64,000 nt of DNA, taken from a virus. Positions 51,359 through 60,627 of this stretch are shown here, in pieces. The DNA is taken from positions 1 to 64,000 of IMG/VR virus record IMGVR_UViG_3300047470_000295. The stretch is one strand, 5' to 3'. The notes under the pieces were generated by a model, which was given only the letters and a program-made list of their open reading frames with translations, had not been told where the DNA came from and did no database searches. The stretch's first letter is position 1, and each line of letters starts with the position of its first letter. Both the position numbers and the translations under genes were made by a program.

Positions 51359-51517
51359 CACCCGGTGTCCAGCCAAACGACACCACTGTCGAATTCTTCC
51401 CACTTGCGCGTGATCTGTACGCCCGCAGTTGCCGTCATGTACGGATCCTGACTAGCCAGCGTTCGAGCATGACGACGCCCCCGCCCCGGTGAACCAGGAC
51501 GAGGGCGCAGCGCACCG

Positions 51518-51841
51518 TCAGAACTGACCCGTGCAGGCGAGGCAGACCCGCGACGACTCCCACGCTGCTCGCTGCTGCTCCGCGTAGGCCGTCGCCTTGT
51601 AGACGAGTGCACCCCAGCCCAGACCGCCGGCCGCGATCAGCAGGCCGAGGAGGACGGCGCCGTTCGCGGCGGCCACGATGCCGACCACCAGCGCACCCAG
51701 CGCCCCGAGCGCGCCACCCTTCGCCGCGGCGGGCGGCGCGTACTTCGCCTTCAAATCCGAGTCCGACGGCAACGACCGCCAATAGTGCGGAAGATCAGCC
51801 ACGTTCGGCGACCCGCACTTCGGCGACGGACACACGATCAT
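51518..51841 (-). CDS. zinc-ribbon membrane protein
   Basis: 107 aa. N-terminal CPSPKCGSPN, a Gly/Ala-rich double TM segment, and C-terminal CLACTGQF. Confidence 0.45.
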   Translation of the reverse strand: MIVCPSPKCGSPNVADLPHYWRSLPSDSDLKAKYAPPAAAKGGALGALGALVVGIVAAANGAVLLGLLIAAGGLGWGALVYKATAYAEQQRAAWESSRVCLACTGQF

Positions 51842-52043
51842 GCTCAACCCCCAGTCGACACAGCCCTGTTCGCCGACAGTCCGGCCGCAGCTTGGGCGCC
51901 ACAAGGCCTACCGACCGGTGTGTGAGCGGGGCCACAACCCAAACGCCGCGAGCGCCCCACCTGCATCAGGCGAGACGCTCGCGTAGCGAAACGACTACAG
52001 AACAGCCAGGTCAGACGACTGGCCTTAAGGCGCGCCCCTTCGC

Positions 52044-52538
52044 CTAGTCGTTCTGGTGTCGCAGCGCCCGGCTGATCGTTGACTGCTCGACGTCGAGCAG
52101 CCGCGCCACGGCGGACTGGCTGCCGACGATGTCGACCATCTTCTGCAGCTCGCGCGCCCGCGTTCCGGCGTAAGCGAGGACTTCGGCCTGCGCCTTGTCC
52201 ATCGCCGCCGTGCAGCGCTGGACGTCGACCATCGCGTTGTAGAACCGTCGGTGCTGGTCGGCCGGCACCTTCGCCCACACGGCCTCTTCGATCCGGATCC
52301 GCTCCATGCGCTTGCGCACCAGGCGCGTCATTTCCGGGTTGTCGTCGATGCGGGCGAGGGGGCCATCCACCTCGCCCGAGGCGATGAGTGCGGGGTCCCA
52401 CTCGAAGCTGTCGGGCTTCTCCAGGATCTCGAAGTCTTCGAGCAGCAAGGCGCCGCCACTGCCCGGCGTGCTGGGCTCGACGACGATGTAGGTGGTGCCG
52501 CTCTCGCTGCGGTATCGCTCGCCGATCTCGCTGAACAT
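52044..52538 (-). CDS. hypothetical protein with C-terminal HTH
   Basis: 164 aa from the ATG at 52538, with C-terminal GSQSAVARLLDVEQSTISRALRHQ. Confidence 0.45.
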   Translation of the reverse strand: MFSEIGERYRSESGTTYIVVEPSTPGSGGALLLEDFEILEKPDSFEWDPALIASGEVDGPLARIDDNPEMTRLVRKRMERIRIEEAVWAKVPADQHRRFYNAMVDVQRCTAAMDKAQAEVLAYAGTRARELQKMVDIVGSQSAVARLLDVEQSTISRALRHQND

Positions 52539-52576
52539 GACGCCCCCGTTGGTCCGTGGTGCTCCGACGCCAGTAA

Positions 52577-52619
52577 CTATGCACCCCTGCATAGACCTTG
52601 TCAATGCAGGGGTGCATAG
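52577..52619. promoter_or_regulatory. perfect 16-bp inverted repeat CTATGCACCCCTGCAT-N11-ATGCAGGGGTGCATAG
   Basis: Read directly. Lies between the stop of the 52631 gene and the start of the 52538 gene. Confidence 0.55.
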
Positions 52620-52630
52620 AGTCGAAAGAG

Positions 52631-52948
52631 CTACAGCGTCGCCAGGTCAGAGACCCGGTACGGCGCGGGCAGTGGAGGCATCGGCACACCCAGCGCGTTA
52701 CCCAGCAGGGCGCGGGCCACACAGTCCCGCTCCAGGGCCGGCTGGCCAGGTCGCATCGCCAGCAGCAGCCGGCCAGCCTCCTGGTGCGCGTACCCGGTGA
52801 AGCCGCGTTCCGTGATCGACGACTCCACCAGCTCCACGTCCAGGTCGGCCAGCAGCTGGGGGAGCGGGGTGTCGAGCAGGTCGGCTGTCGTGACGGACGC
52901 CGCACGCTTTGGGACGGGACGCTCGGGGGTGCAGGTTGCTACAGTCAT
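52631..52948 (-). CDS. hypothetical protein
   Basis: 105 aa from the ATG at 52948 after GTGAGGA. Confidence 0.4.
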   Translation of the reverse strand: MTVATCTPERPVPKRAASVTTADLLDTPLPQLLADLDVELVESSITERGFTGYAHQEAGRLLLAMRPGQPALERDCVARALLGNALGVPMPPLPAPYRVSDLATL

Positions 52949-53229
52949 GGACGTAGTCCTCACTTTGACGAGGCGGATTACAGACTGGCGAGTGGCAACT
53001 CGCTGGTTGAACTGGCCCGGTGTTAGCGCACCGGGCCGTTCGCGTTTCTGGTCACAGCCTGCCGCATGACTCAACGGCGGCATCTTCATCGAGCAACGCA
53101 TCCAGGGATGCGCTGGGGTGGGGTTGACCTGCGTAAAGGCCGAGGTCAATGCGCGCGCGCAAGTAAGTCGATCGAGTGAACACGTGAATTGACGCCTCTG
53201 TGTAGGCCCTACGAACGGCTGAAACTCGA

Positions 53230-53655
53230 TCAGTGCGGCAGCGCGTCGTCGAGGTACTCCTGCACCGGTCCGAAAAGCCCGTAGGGCACGTAGTCGGCGA
53301 TCTCCGCGTGCGTGATCCAGGCGACCGCGTCGAGCTCCTCGTCGTCTGCGACTCGGGCCTCGCCGCCGACCAGGCGGACCGCGACGTAGTGCATCGGCAC
53401 CTTCGACTTCGGGTGCACCCGGTCGCCGAGCACCTTCACCGACTCGACCTTCAGGCCGGTCTCCTCGTCGACCTCGCGGACCGCGGCCTGCTCCGGTGAC
53501 TCGCCGGCCTCGATCGCGCCGCCCGGGAACACCCAGGAGATCTCACCCTCGGCGGCCCTGCGGCGCGCCATGAGCACCTTGCCCTGGTCGACGATGATCG
53601 CGACCGACACCGGCGGCTTCTCGATCTTCTGCTCGGCAGTCGTCTCGGTCGTCAT
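53230..53655 (-). CDS. Nudix hydrolase
   Basis: 141 aa. Nudix box GGAIEAGESPEQAAVREVDEETGL (GX5EX7REUXEEXGU). Confidence 0.8.
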   Translation of the reverse strand: MTTETTAEQKIEKPPVSVAIIVDQGKVLMARRRAAEGEISWVFPGGAIEAGESPEQAAVREVDEETGLKVESVKVLGDRVHPKSKVPMHYVAVRLVGGEARVADDEELDAVAWITHAEIADYVPYGLFGPVQEYLDDALPH

Positions 53656-54350
53656 ACGGTGGCCTCCAAGGCTTCCAGGATCGGCGGATAGATGCGGTCG
53701 CGGGGGATGTAGCGGGACAGCTCCTCTATCGGAGCCCAAGCCACGTCGGCGTTCTCGGAAGCGTCCCCGTTCACCGCTTCGCCTCGCACGTAGTCGCAGA
53801 TGAAGTAGTCGCAGTAAGCGCGCGTAACCGGATGAAGCCGTTCACCCAAGTGCTCGCGGACCATGCAGTGCACGCCCGTCTCGTCCAGGGTTTCCCTGAC
53901 AGCGACCTTCGGAGCGGACCCGCCCGGCTTCACGATCCCCGCCGGGAACTGCCACGTCATGTCGTCGCCGTCCTGCCTGCACACGAGGAGGACATCACCG
54001 TCGCGGCGCACGACCGCAATGGCCACCCGCAGCGCCTGCGCCTGCATCTGCTGAGCGTGGGCGCGCACGTAGTGGATGAACAGCCTGCGCACCGCATCAC
54101 CTGCCTTTCCGTTGTAGGCCGCGTTGAGAATCCGGCGCGTTTCCAACTTCGGGACCATGTCGGGCGCCTGATGCCAGGCGGCGACCGTCCGGACCGACAC
54201 TCCGAGGCGCGCAGCGAACTCTTCCTGCGTGTCCTCGAAGGCGTCCTGGAGCCAGCAAGCGTGCCGGCCGGTCCACTGGGTGACGTCCACTATCGGCTCC
54301 CTGGCCGCTTCCGTGGGGGTGGTTGCGGCGAACCTGCAGAGTGCCTGCAC
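53652..54350 (-). CDS. HTH-Nudix fusion protein
   Basis: 232 aa. N-terminal HTH (TQEEFAARLGVSVRTVAAWHQ) and C-terminal Nudix box PAGIVKPGGSAPKVAVRETLDETGV. ATGA overlap with the downstream Nudix gene. Confidence 0.7.
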   Translation of the reverse strand: MQALCRFAATTPTEAAREPIVDVTQWTGRHACWLQDAFEDTQEEFAARLGVSVRTVAAWHQAPDMVPKLETRRILNAAYNGKAGDAVRRLFIHYVRAHAQQMQAQALRVAIAVVRRDGDVLLVCRQDGDDMTWQFPAGIVKPGGSAPKVAVRETLDETGVHCMVREHLGERLHPVTRAYCDYFICDYVRGEAVNGDASENADVAWAPIEELSRYIPRDRIYPPILEALEATV

Positions 54351-54437
54351 GCCCGCTGCATGATCACTGCATGCTGCTGCAGAGGGACTTCATGGCCTGA
54401 GGTCGCGCGTGCGCGTTGACTCGACCACATGGATAAG

Positions 54438-54692
54438 TCACTCGCCTTTGCCGAACTGGAAAGCGCGCTGGTACGAGACGCCTCCCATGATTTCCCCGAT
54501 CTCTTTCCACGTCTTCTTCTCGTCCTTCAGCCCCAGGGCGATCTCCTGGCGCTGCCGCCGACGGAAGAGCTCCAGTTCCTCGTCGAGGTGCTTGGCCAGT
54601 TCGATGAAGGCGGCCCATCGCTCGGTGAGGTTCTCGACCGCGCGCAGGTGTTCGTCGAAGGGTGCGAAAGGAGCGTCGTGGGAGTCGGCCAT
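54438..54692 (-). CDS. small regulator-like protein (coiled coil plus C-terminal HTH-like segment)
   Basis: 84 aa ending KTWKEIGEIMGGVSYQRAFQFGK. Divergent from the plus-strand transfer-module run. Confidence 0.4.
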   Translation of the reverse strand: MADSHDAPFAPFDEHLRAVENLTERWAAFIELAKHLDEELELFRRRQRQEIALGLKDEKKTWKEIGEIMGGVSYQRAFQFGKGE

Positions 54693-54949
54693 GACGTGAG
54701 AGTACGGGCGATCCGACGCTCACTCAAGATGCGTCTTGAGAAGTTCAGTTGGGAGCTTGACTCGCCTCGACTGGCCCTCTACGGTCGTACCAAGTCCTCA
54801 AGGCGCCACCTTGAGAACGGCATCGCCGTCCACTCTCACCGGACCTGGTCCGCGGACGGCAGCGCCCCACAAATGAAGACGGGCCGGACACCGCGACTCT
54901 CACCTCGCAGGCCGGCCCTCACCACGAGGAATCTCTGAAGGGTCCCCTC

Positions 54950-55396
54950 ATGGCTACGCAGATCGTACAGAACCGTGCGGGCGCAGCGCGCCCCACCTCC
55001 CCGCTTCCCATGGCGGCGGCGCAGGCGATGCACCGCATCGAGTACGCCCTGGCCGCCCCGCAGCGCGAGCTGGCCGCCAAGGTCGGCGCCGCGCTCGGCT
55101 TCCGGGGCGGATGTCAGCCCCGCGAGGACCTCGGCGAGACGGCGACCCGCCACATCGTCTGGTCGCAGGTCGAGCTGAACGACGTCTTCGAGCGGGTCGG
55201 CGGCACCGTCACCGCCCGCCGGGTGGAGCGTCGCACCTCCGACAGCTCGTCCACCTGGACAGCCACCGAGCTCACCCTCACCGTGAACCTGCCGGACATC
55301 GGCGCCGTCCAGGTCGCCACCGACCTGGAAGAGGAGTCGGAGGTCTACCCCACGGACCTGCCCGTCGTCCGTGCCGCCCGCGCGGTGACGGCATGA
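54950..55396 (+). CDS. hypothetical protein
   Basis: 148 aa, first gene of the plus-strand run. Confidence 0.4.
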   Translation: MATQIVQNRAGAARPTSPLPMAAAQAMHRIEYALAAPQRELAAKVGAALGFRGGCQPREDLGETATRHIVWSQVELNDVFERVGGTVTARRVERRTSDSSSTWTATELTLTVNLPDIGAVQVATDLEEESEVYPTDLPVVRAARAVTA

Positions 55397-55623
55397 GCGC
55401 CCCGGCCGAGGTCGACACCGCCTCCGTCATCGCCGAGCACCGCCGCGTCGAGCGGGTCGTGTCCGGCATGAAGGTCGGCGACACGGCGGTCATCAACGGG
55501 TCCGCGGTTACGGCGGTCAGCCTGACCGAAGCCCTGGTCCTCTCCCGGGCGGAGGCGATGTCGGCGGCCGACCGCCTGGCGCACGACTTCGCCTCCTATG
55601 TCCGGCCGAAGGCGGGTGCGTGA
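55393..55623 (+). CDS. hypothetical protein
   Basis: 76 aa, ATGA overlap with the upstream gene. Confidence 0.35.
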   Translation: MSAPAEVDTASVIAEHRRVERVVSGMKVGDTAVINGSAVTAVSLTEALVLSRAEAMSAADRLAHDFASYVRPKAGA

Positions 55624-55967
55624 TGGCCTCCTCCGTGTCGAACGTGACGAAGCTGCGTTGGCAGCGGGATGCGCATCGTGCCCTCGGGCCCTTGCTGCAG
55701 GTGAACGGTCTCCCGGTCGTCACGTGGACAATCGCCATCTCGGGCGCTCTGGTCGGTGACGTCGATTCGTTGACGTCGACACCGTCCGAGATGCGGGAAG
55801 CGTTCGCCGCCTGGGTCCGACAGTTGGACGCCAAGGCTGCTCCGGAGCGTGTCGACGGCAGTGGCGGCACCCACCTGTACGCCTCGTTCAAGGTCGCCGA
55901 CGGGCCTGACGTCGGCGGGGCGATCCGCGCCACGATCTACCCGCCGTTCGAAGAGGACGGTGCGTGA
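55620..55967 (+). CDS. hypothetical protein
   Basis: 115 aa, GTGA overlap with the upstream gene. Confidence 0.4.
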   Translation: MMASSVSNVTKLRWQRDAHRALGPLLQVNGLPVVTWTIAISGALVGDVDSLTSTPSEMREAFAAWVRQLDAKAAPERVDGSGGTHLYASFKVADGPDVGGAIRATIYPPFEEDGA

Positions 55968-56125
55968 TGGCCGCCGAGACCCTGGACAGCTTCCCCGCCG
56001 GCGGCCCCCGCGGCTCTTGGCCCGCCGAGCAGAAGGCGGCCGAGCTCCGCAAGGCCGGCCAGGAGGTCGAGGTCGTCATGGACCTGGACTCCGACCGCTT
56101 CCTCGTCGTGGCAGGCCGACGGTGA
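55967..56125 (+). CDS. small hypothetical protein
   Basis: 52 aa hand-translated, start overlaps the upstream stop. Confidence 0.3.
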   Translation: MAAETLDSFPAGGPRGSWPAEQKAAELRKAGQEVEVVMDLDSDRFLVVAGRR

Positions 56126-56310
56126 ACCCCGCCGACTACGAGCGGATGATGCGCCGCCTCCACGAGGTCAACGAGCGCAGCAAGAACCCCACCCGCTAAC
56201 CCCCCGAACGGCCGCGTCGGCGGAGAAATCCATCCCCCGGCACCCGTCAGCGCGGCTCACCACCCCGCACCACCCTTCCTCTTCCATTGATCCACGTGAA
56301 AGGCACCCCC

Positions 56311-56550
56311 ATGTCTGTTCTGACCCTCGTCCCGGCCGCCAACGACCCGTTCGACGGCGCTGAGGCCGACCTGCGAGCCCGCTACGTGGCCGCCTACCTC
56401 GCCGACAACCGGTCCGGTGACGTGATCGCCCGCGACTGGACGCTCTACGAGATCGAGATGTACGACGCGGCGAACCCCGGCCAGCCGCCGCTCATGGACG
56501 AGATCGACAGCCTCGACTACCCGGCCGCCGACTACCCGGAAGCCGCCTGA
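56311..56550 (+). CDS. hypothetical acidic protein
   Basis: 79 aa from the ATG at 56311. Confidence 0.35.
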   Translation: MSVLTLVPAANDPFDGAEADLRARYVAAYLADNRSGDVIARDWTLYEIEMYDAANPGQPPLMDEIDSLDYPAADYPEAA

Positions 56551-56744
56551 TGTTCCGCCGTCGCCCGGCCGTCGAGGTTCTCGACGAGCACTTCCACTGC
56601 CCGAGCTGCGGGCCGCTCGTCTTCGGTCAGACCCGAGCGATCTGCGGGGAGATCATCACGCCGCCCATCGTCGGCGACGGCCCCACCCGCAAGTGCCCGC
56701 CCTGTAAGGCATCCGTCCGAACACACAAGAAGGAGACCCACTGA
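56550..56744 (+). CDS. small zinc-ribbon protein
   Basis: 64 aa with CPSCG...CPPC. Confidence 0.35.
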   Translation: MFRRRPAVEVLDEHFHCPSCGPLVFGQTRAICGEIITPPIVGDGPTRKCPPCKASVRTHKKETH

Positions 56745-56932
56745 TGGGCGTCTTCCGCCGCACCGCCGAGCCGACCGGCTACCGCCCCACCGAAGCCGAG
56801 GTCGCCAACGCCGCCGCCCAGCTGAACGCCGGCAGCCAGCATGCCGCCTACGACCTGGCCGCTCACTCAGGTGACCGGCAGCAGGAGACCGCGTTGCGAA
56901 TCCTCGGCCACAGCATCCAGGACCCCGAGTAG
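56744..56932 (+). CDS. small hypothetical protein
   Basis: 62 aa, start overlaps the upstream stop. Confidence 0.35.
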   Translation: MGVFRRTAEPTGYRPTEAEVANAAAQLNAGSQHAAYDLAAHSGDRQQETALRILGHSIQDPE

Positions 56933-57023
56933 CTGACCGGCTGCCCTCGGCCCGCGACGCCGCGCGCGGGCCATGGAGAACTGGCGCAGTGAACCCCCAC
57001 CCCATCTGACCTGTGAGGTCGTC

Positions 57024-57230
57024 ATGTTCCGGATCATCGCCTGGGCGTTGCTCGCCCTGTACCTGCTGATCGTCGGCCTGTGGCCGGCCGCCGCCGCCCC
57101 GGTCGGGCTCGCGTTCGCCGGCCTCGGCGTTCTCCTGGCCGCGATCCCGCTGCCCGCGGTCATCGCCATCGGCGCCGTCATCGCCTGGGAGCTGCGGCAC
57201 CGCTCCAACTCCAAGCCCGCCACCGCCTGA
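57024..57230 (+). CDS. small membrane protein
   Basis: 68 aa with two hydrophobic helices. Confidence 0.4.
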   Translation: MFRIIAWALLALYLLIVGLWPAAAAPVGLAFAGLGVLLAAIPLPAVIAIGAVIAWELRHRSNSKPATA

Positions 57231-57259
57231 CCACCCGCTGATCGCTGAAGGGAGCGGTT

Positions 57260-58519
57260 GTGACTGCCATGTCCGTCGAGAAGAAGGTCAACGGCACTCC
57301 GATGGCCTCGCCCGAGCCGCGGTTCGACCCGCGCGCGCTGGCCGAGGCGGAGGCGATCCGTACCCGAGCCGCCGCCGAAGCCGAAGCCGCCCGAATCAAA
57401 GCCGCCGGTGAAGCCGAGGCCGAGAAGATCAAGGCCGCTGAGGAGGCTCGCAAGCAGAAGATCCTCAACGACAAGGCCGAGTCGCGGGCCCGCGAGGAAG
57501 AGGCGGCGCGGGCGGCCCGCATCGCGGAGTCGAACAGCAAGCGCCAAGAGGCCGAACGCGCCCAGGAGAAGCAGGACCGGGAGGCGCTACAGGCGCAGGA
57601 GGACGAGGCGAAGCTCGCCGAAGAGATCGCCGCCGCCGACGAGAAGTGGCGGGCCTACGCGATCCGCTTCGCGATCGTCTGCGGCATCGTCTCCCTGCCC
57701 GTCCAGATGAGCTTCTTCTGGAACCCGAAGGCGCCCTGGATGGCCGCCGCCCCGATCATGCTCGAAGGCGCCGCGTGGGTCGTCCACCGCGGGGCCCGTG
57801 CGGCGGCTGTCAGTAAGCGGCCCGTCTGGCACTACCGGACGATCGTCTGGCTCCTCGCCCTGATCGCCGCCGGCGTGAACCTCTACCACGGCCTCCACTC
57901 GTTCGACCCGGGCACGGCCATCGCGACCGCGTTCGCATCGATCGCCGGCCCAGGCGTCTGGGACCTCCACGAGCACGGCCGGCTCCGCAAGCGCGACGGG
58001 GCGCTCACCCGCAAGGAGCGCCGGGCGGCCGAGCGCGCCGCCAAGGCCGAGGCCCAACGGCTGGCCGCCGAGCAGCAGAAGAAGGCGGCCGACGAGGGGG
58101 CCGCACGCAAGGCGGCCGAGGCCGCGGCGGCGAAGCTCGCCGCGGACCGCGAGGTGATGTTCCCGAAGGTGTGGCAGCACGCCGTGAAGCTCGCCGCCGA
58201 CCTTGGCCAGACGACTGTCACCAACGCGATCTGGGCCCAGGCCAAGTTCGACGTCGAAGGCGCCAAGCCGGGCGAATCCGCCGACGTCATCCGCATGCGC
58301 AACGCCGCCGAAGCGAGGGTCGCCGCAGCCCGCGAGAAGCGCCCCGTAAACGGATCATCACAGCAGGTCGCATCGCAAGTGCTCGGTCCCAAGCAGAAGC
58401 GCGTCTACAACCCGCCCGCACGCCCCGGAAAGCGCCGCAAGGGCGACGTGAAGTTCACGTCCGCTGCACGCCGCCAGGCGTCCATTGCCGCCAAGCAGAC
58501 CGCCGGAAAGAAGGACTGA
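57260..58519 (+). CDS. DUF2637-like membrane protein with AEAEA/KAAE-rich coiled-coil arms
   Basis: 419 aa. Central 3-4 TM block (FAIVCGIVSLPVQMSFFW, MAAAPIMLEGAAWVV, IVWLLALIAAGVNLY). By recollection this family sits directly upstream of the FtsK-like gene in Streptomyces plasmids and AICEs. Confidence 0.5.
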   Translation: MTAMSVEKKVNGTPMASPEPRFDPRALAEAEAIRTRAAAEAEAARIKAAGEAEAEKIKAAEEARKQKILNDKAESRAREEEAARAARIAESNSKRQEAERAQEKQDREALQAQEDEAKLAEEIAAADEKWRAYAIRFAIVCGIVSLPVQMSFFWNPKAPWMAAAPIMLEGAAWVVHRGARAAAVSKRPVWHYRTIVWLLALIAAGVNLYHGLHSFDPGTAIATAFASIAGPGVWDLHEHGRLRKRDGALTRKERRAAERAAKAEAQRLAAEQQKKAADEGAARKAAEAAAAKLAADREVMFPKVWQHAVKLAADLGQTTVTNAIWAQAKFDVEGAKPGESADVIRMRNAAEARVAAAREKRPVNGSSQQVASQVLGPKQKRVYNPPARPGKRRKGDVKFTSAARRQASIAAKQTAGKKD

Positions 58520-58521
58520 GG

Positions 58522-60627
58522 ATGGCCACCCCGCTGACCGACGAGCGTGCCCCGCTGACCCTCGTCAAGGACACCCCCGAGACGGTCGACCCGGCCGCGG
58601 CGTGGGTCGTGGAGAAGCGGCCCCGCCCCGCCTGGATGATGTCCGGGCAGCAGCTGCGGCAGTGGGCTGTCTACGCCCGCGACAACGCGCTCGACTTCGC
58701 CACCCACCACGCCACCCACTCGCCCTACTACCTCGGCTGGTCGGTGCGCGGCTACCGCCGGCTCTGCCTCCGCTGGTGGCAGGCCCGGCACGACGACTAC
58801 CGGCAGCAGATCGCCACCGCCAAGCTCATGCTCCGCCAGGCCAAGGAGATGCCGCGAGGCACCGCGCGTGCCGCCGAAGAGTCGAAGGCCCGCGCCCTGC
58901 TCGAAGTTCGGCGCACCGAGTTCAAGGCGCACAAGCGGCGCCACTGGATCCGCACCGGCATCAGCGGACTGCTCGTCGTCGGTGGCGCGTCCGCCGTCGC
59001 AGCCCTCGGCAGCTGGTGGATGCAGCTCCTCCTCGTCCTCGCCGTCGTGTTCGCCGGCGCCTACCACGGCCGACCCGAAGAGCGGGCTGTCGCCGCTGCG
59101 CAGGCGCCGACCCGGACGTCGCACCTGGGGGAGGAGACCATGCGGCGCGTCCTCGTCGAGGCCGGCGTCGTCCCCGAGAAGCGGGCCGCCGAGATCCGCG
59201 GCGTCGGCCTGCCCCACACGGAGGGCCCTGGCATCGCCTTCGCCGTCGACCTGCCGTCCGGCATGCCGGCCACGATCGCGCTCGCCAAGAAGAAGGAGAT
59301 CGCCTCAGCTCTCGCCGTCCACAGCGACTGGCTCGACCTCGGCGTGGGCCGCGGCGCAGGCAGCAGCGAATCCCGGCTGGAGATCTGGGTCTCCCGGGAA
59401 GACCCCTTCGCCAGCGCCCACGTCTCCCCGCTCATCGGACACAAGGGCAAGCTCGACCTGTGGAACGACGGCGCCCCGCTCGCCTTCGGGAAGCGCGGGA
59501 ACACCGTCCTTGTCCGCGTGCGCGACACGATGATGCTCGTCGGCGGCGCCACCCGCCGCGGAAAAGGCGTCTTCCTCGCCAACCTCAACCTCGGCGCATG
59601 CAAGGACGTGCGGGTCAACCTGCGGCTCTTCGACGGCAAGGCCTCCGGTGAGCACAACGCCTTCTCTGGGCTGCTCTCCACGTTCGTCAAGAAGAACCCC
59701 GAGCGGCTCACCCTGTTCCTGCGGGCCGTCCTTGAAGACCTCGACCGGCGCAGCGACTTCCTCGACGAGCGCGGCAAGGCCAAGCTGACCGAAGACCTGA
59801 TCGAGGAGATCGGCGGCATCGAGCTCATCGACATCGACGAGTTGGCCACCTACACGGCCAAGGGCACCAGCCCCTACGTCGACGAGATCGTCGAGAGCCT
59901 CGCCCAGATCGGTGCCGTCGGTGCCGGTCTCGGGGTCCTCCTTGTCGCAGCAACGCAGGTCCCGGAAGTCGACGTCGTCCGCGGCCGGCTCCGCCAGAAC
60001 CTGATCTCCCGCGCCGCCATGAACACCGAGTCGCCCAACGCCTCCAACACGATCCTCGGCGACGGCATGGCCGGTCAGGGCTACGACGCGTCGGTGATCC
60101 CGCTCGATCAGCCCGGTCGGTTCTGGTTCAAGTCGCCCGACCTCGGCACGGTGTCGCTTCGCTCGTTCTTCATCGACGACGACGACAAGGCGCCGATCAT
60201 CGCCGATGCCTACGAACTCCGGAAGGCCGCGGGCCGGCTTCCCGGACAGTGGCACGACCCGATCGAGGAGAAGCTCGCCGCCTGGACCGGCGTCTCCTCG
60301 GCCGCCGGCGGGGAGCGCGGCAACGGCCGGATCGTCCGCGTCACCCTGCTGGAGCGGCTGGAGATCCTTGCCAAGCAGACAGGCCGCGGCAACGTCACGA
60401 ACGCCGAGGTGTTCGCCGCACTCGCCACCACCGATCCGGCCAAGTACGGACAGCAGGACGGCGAAACGGGCCACGGCTGGTCGATCCGCGTCGGCAAGAT
60501 CCTGAAGGACGAACTCGACCGCCTCGGCGTCGACATCGAGGCAAAGAAGGTCGCCGGCCCGGACGGGCAACGGACGTCGGGCTACCTGCTCGCAGACGTC
60601 ACTGCCGCCCGAAATGTCCGCAACTGA
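58522..60627 (+). CDS. traB: FtsK/SpoIIIE-family DNA translocase, TraB/TraSA-like
   Basis: 701 aa. N-terminal TM pair (ISGLLVVGGASAVAALGSWWMQLLLVLAVVFAGAY), P-loop-like VGGATRRGKGVF (the final residue is G, not S/T) and Walker B IELIDIDE. DUF2637-like gene upstream and Spd-like genes downstream. Confidence 0.65.
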   Translation: MATPLTDERAPLTLVKDTPETVDPAAAWVVEKRPRPAWMMSGQQLRQWAVYARDNALDFATHHATHSPYYLGWSVRGYRRLCLRWWQARHDDYRQQIATAKLMLRQAKEMPRGTARAAEESKARALLEVRRTEFKAHKRRHWIRTGISGLLVVGGASAVAALGSWWMQLLLVLAVVFAGAYHGRPEERAVAAAQAPTRTSHLGEETMRRVLVEAGVVPEKRAAEIRGVGLPHTEGPGIAFAVDLPSGMPATIALAKKKEIASALAVHSDWLDLGVGRGAGSSESRLEIWVSREDPFASAHVSPLIGHKGKLDLWNDGAPLAFGKRGNTVLVRVRDTMMLVGGATRRGKGVFLANLNLGACKDVRVNLRLFDGKASGEHNAFSGLLSTFVKKNPERLTLFLRAVLEDLDRRSDFLDERGKAKLTEDLIEEIGGIELIDIDELATYTAKGTSPYVDEIVESLAQIGAVGAGLGVLLVAATQVPEVDVVRGRLRQNLISRAAMNTESPNASNTILGDGMAGQGYDASVIPLDQPGRFWFKSPDLGTVSLRSFFIDDDDKAPIIADAYELRKAAGRLPGQWHDPIEEKLAAWTGVSSAAGGERGNGRIVRVTLLERLEILAKQTGRGNVTNAEVFAALATTDPAKYGQQDGETGHGWSIRVGKILKDELDRLGVDIEAKKVAGPDGQRTSGYLLADVTAARNVRN

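Noticed and set aside
51355-51612. 85-aa minus-strand ORF between the zinc-ribbon membrane gene and the cassette
   Set aside because: Its 5' part overlaps the better-supported 51518..51841 gene out of frame and is Arg/Ser-rich. Only a 27-codon tail would remain, so the region more likely holds the promoter and operator (palindrome at 51345).
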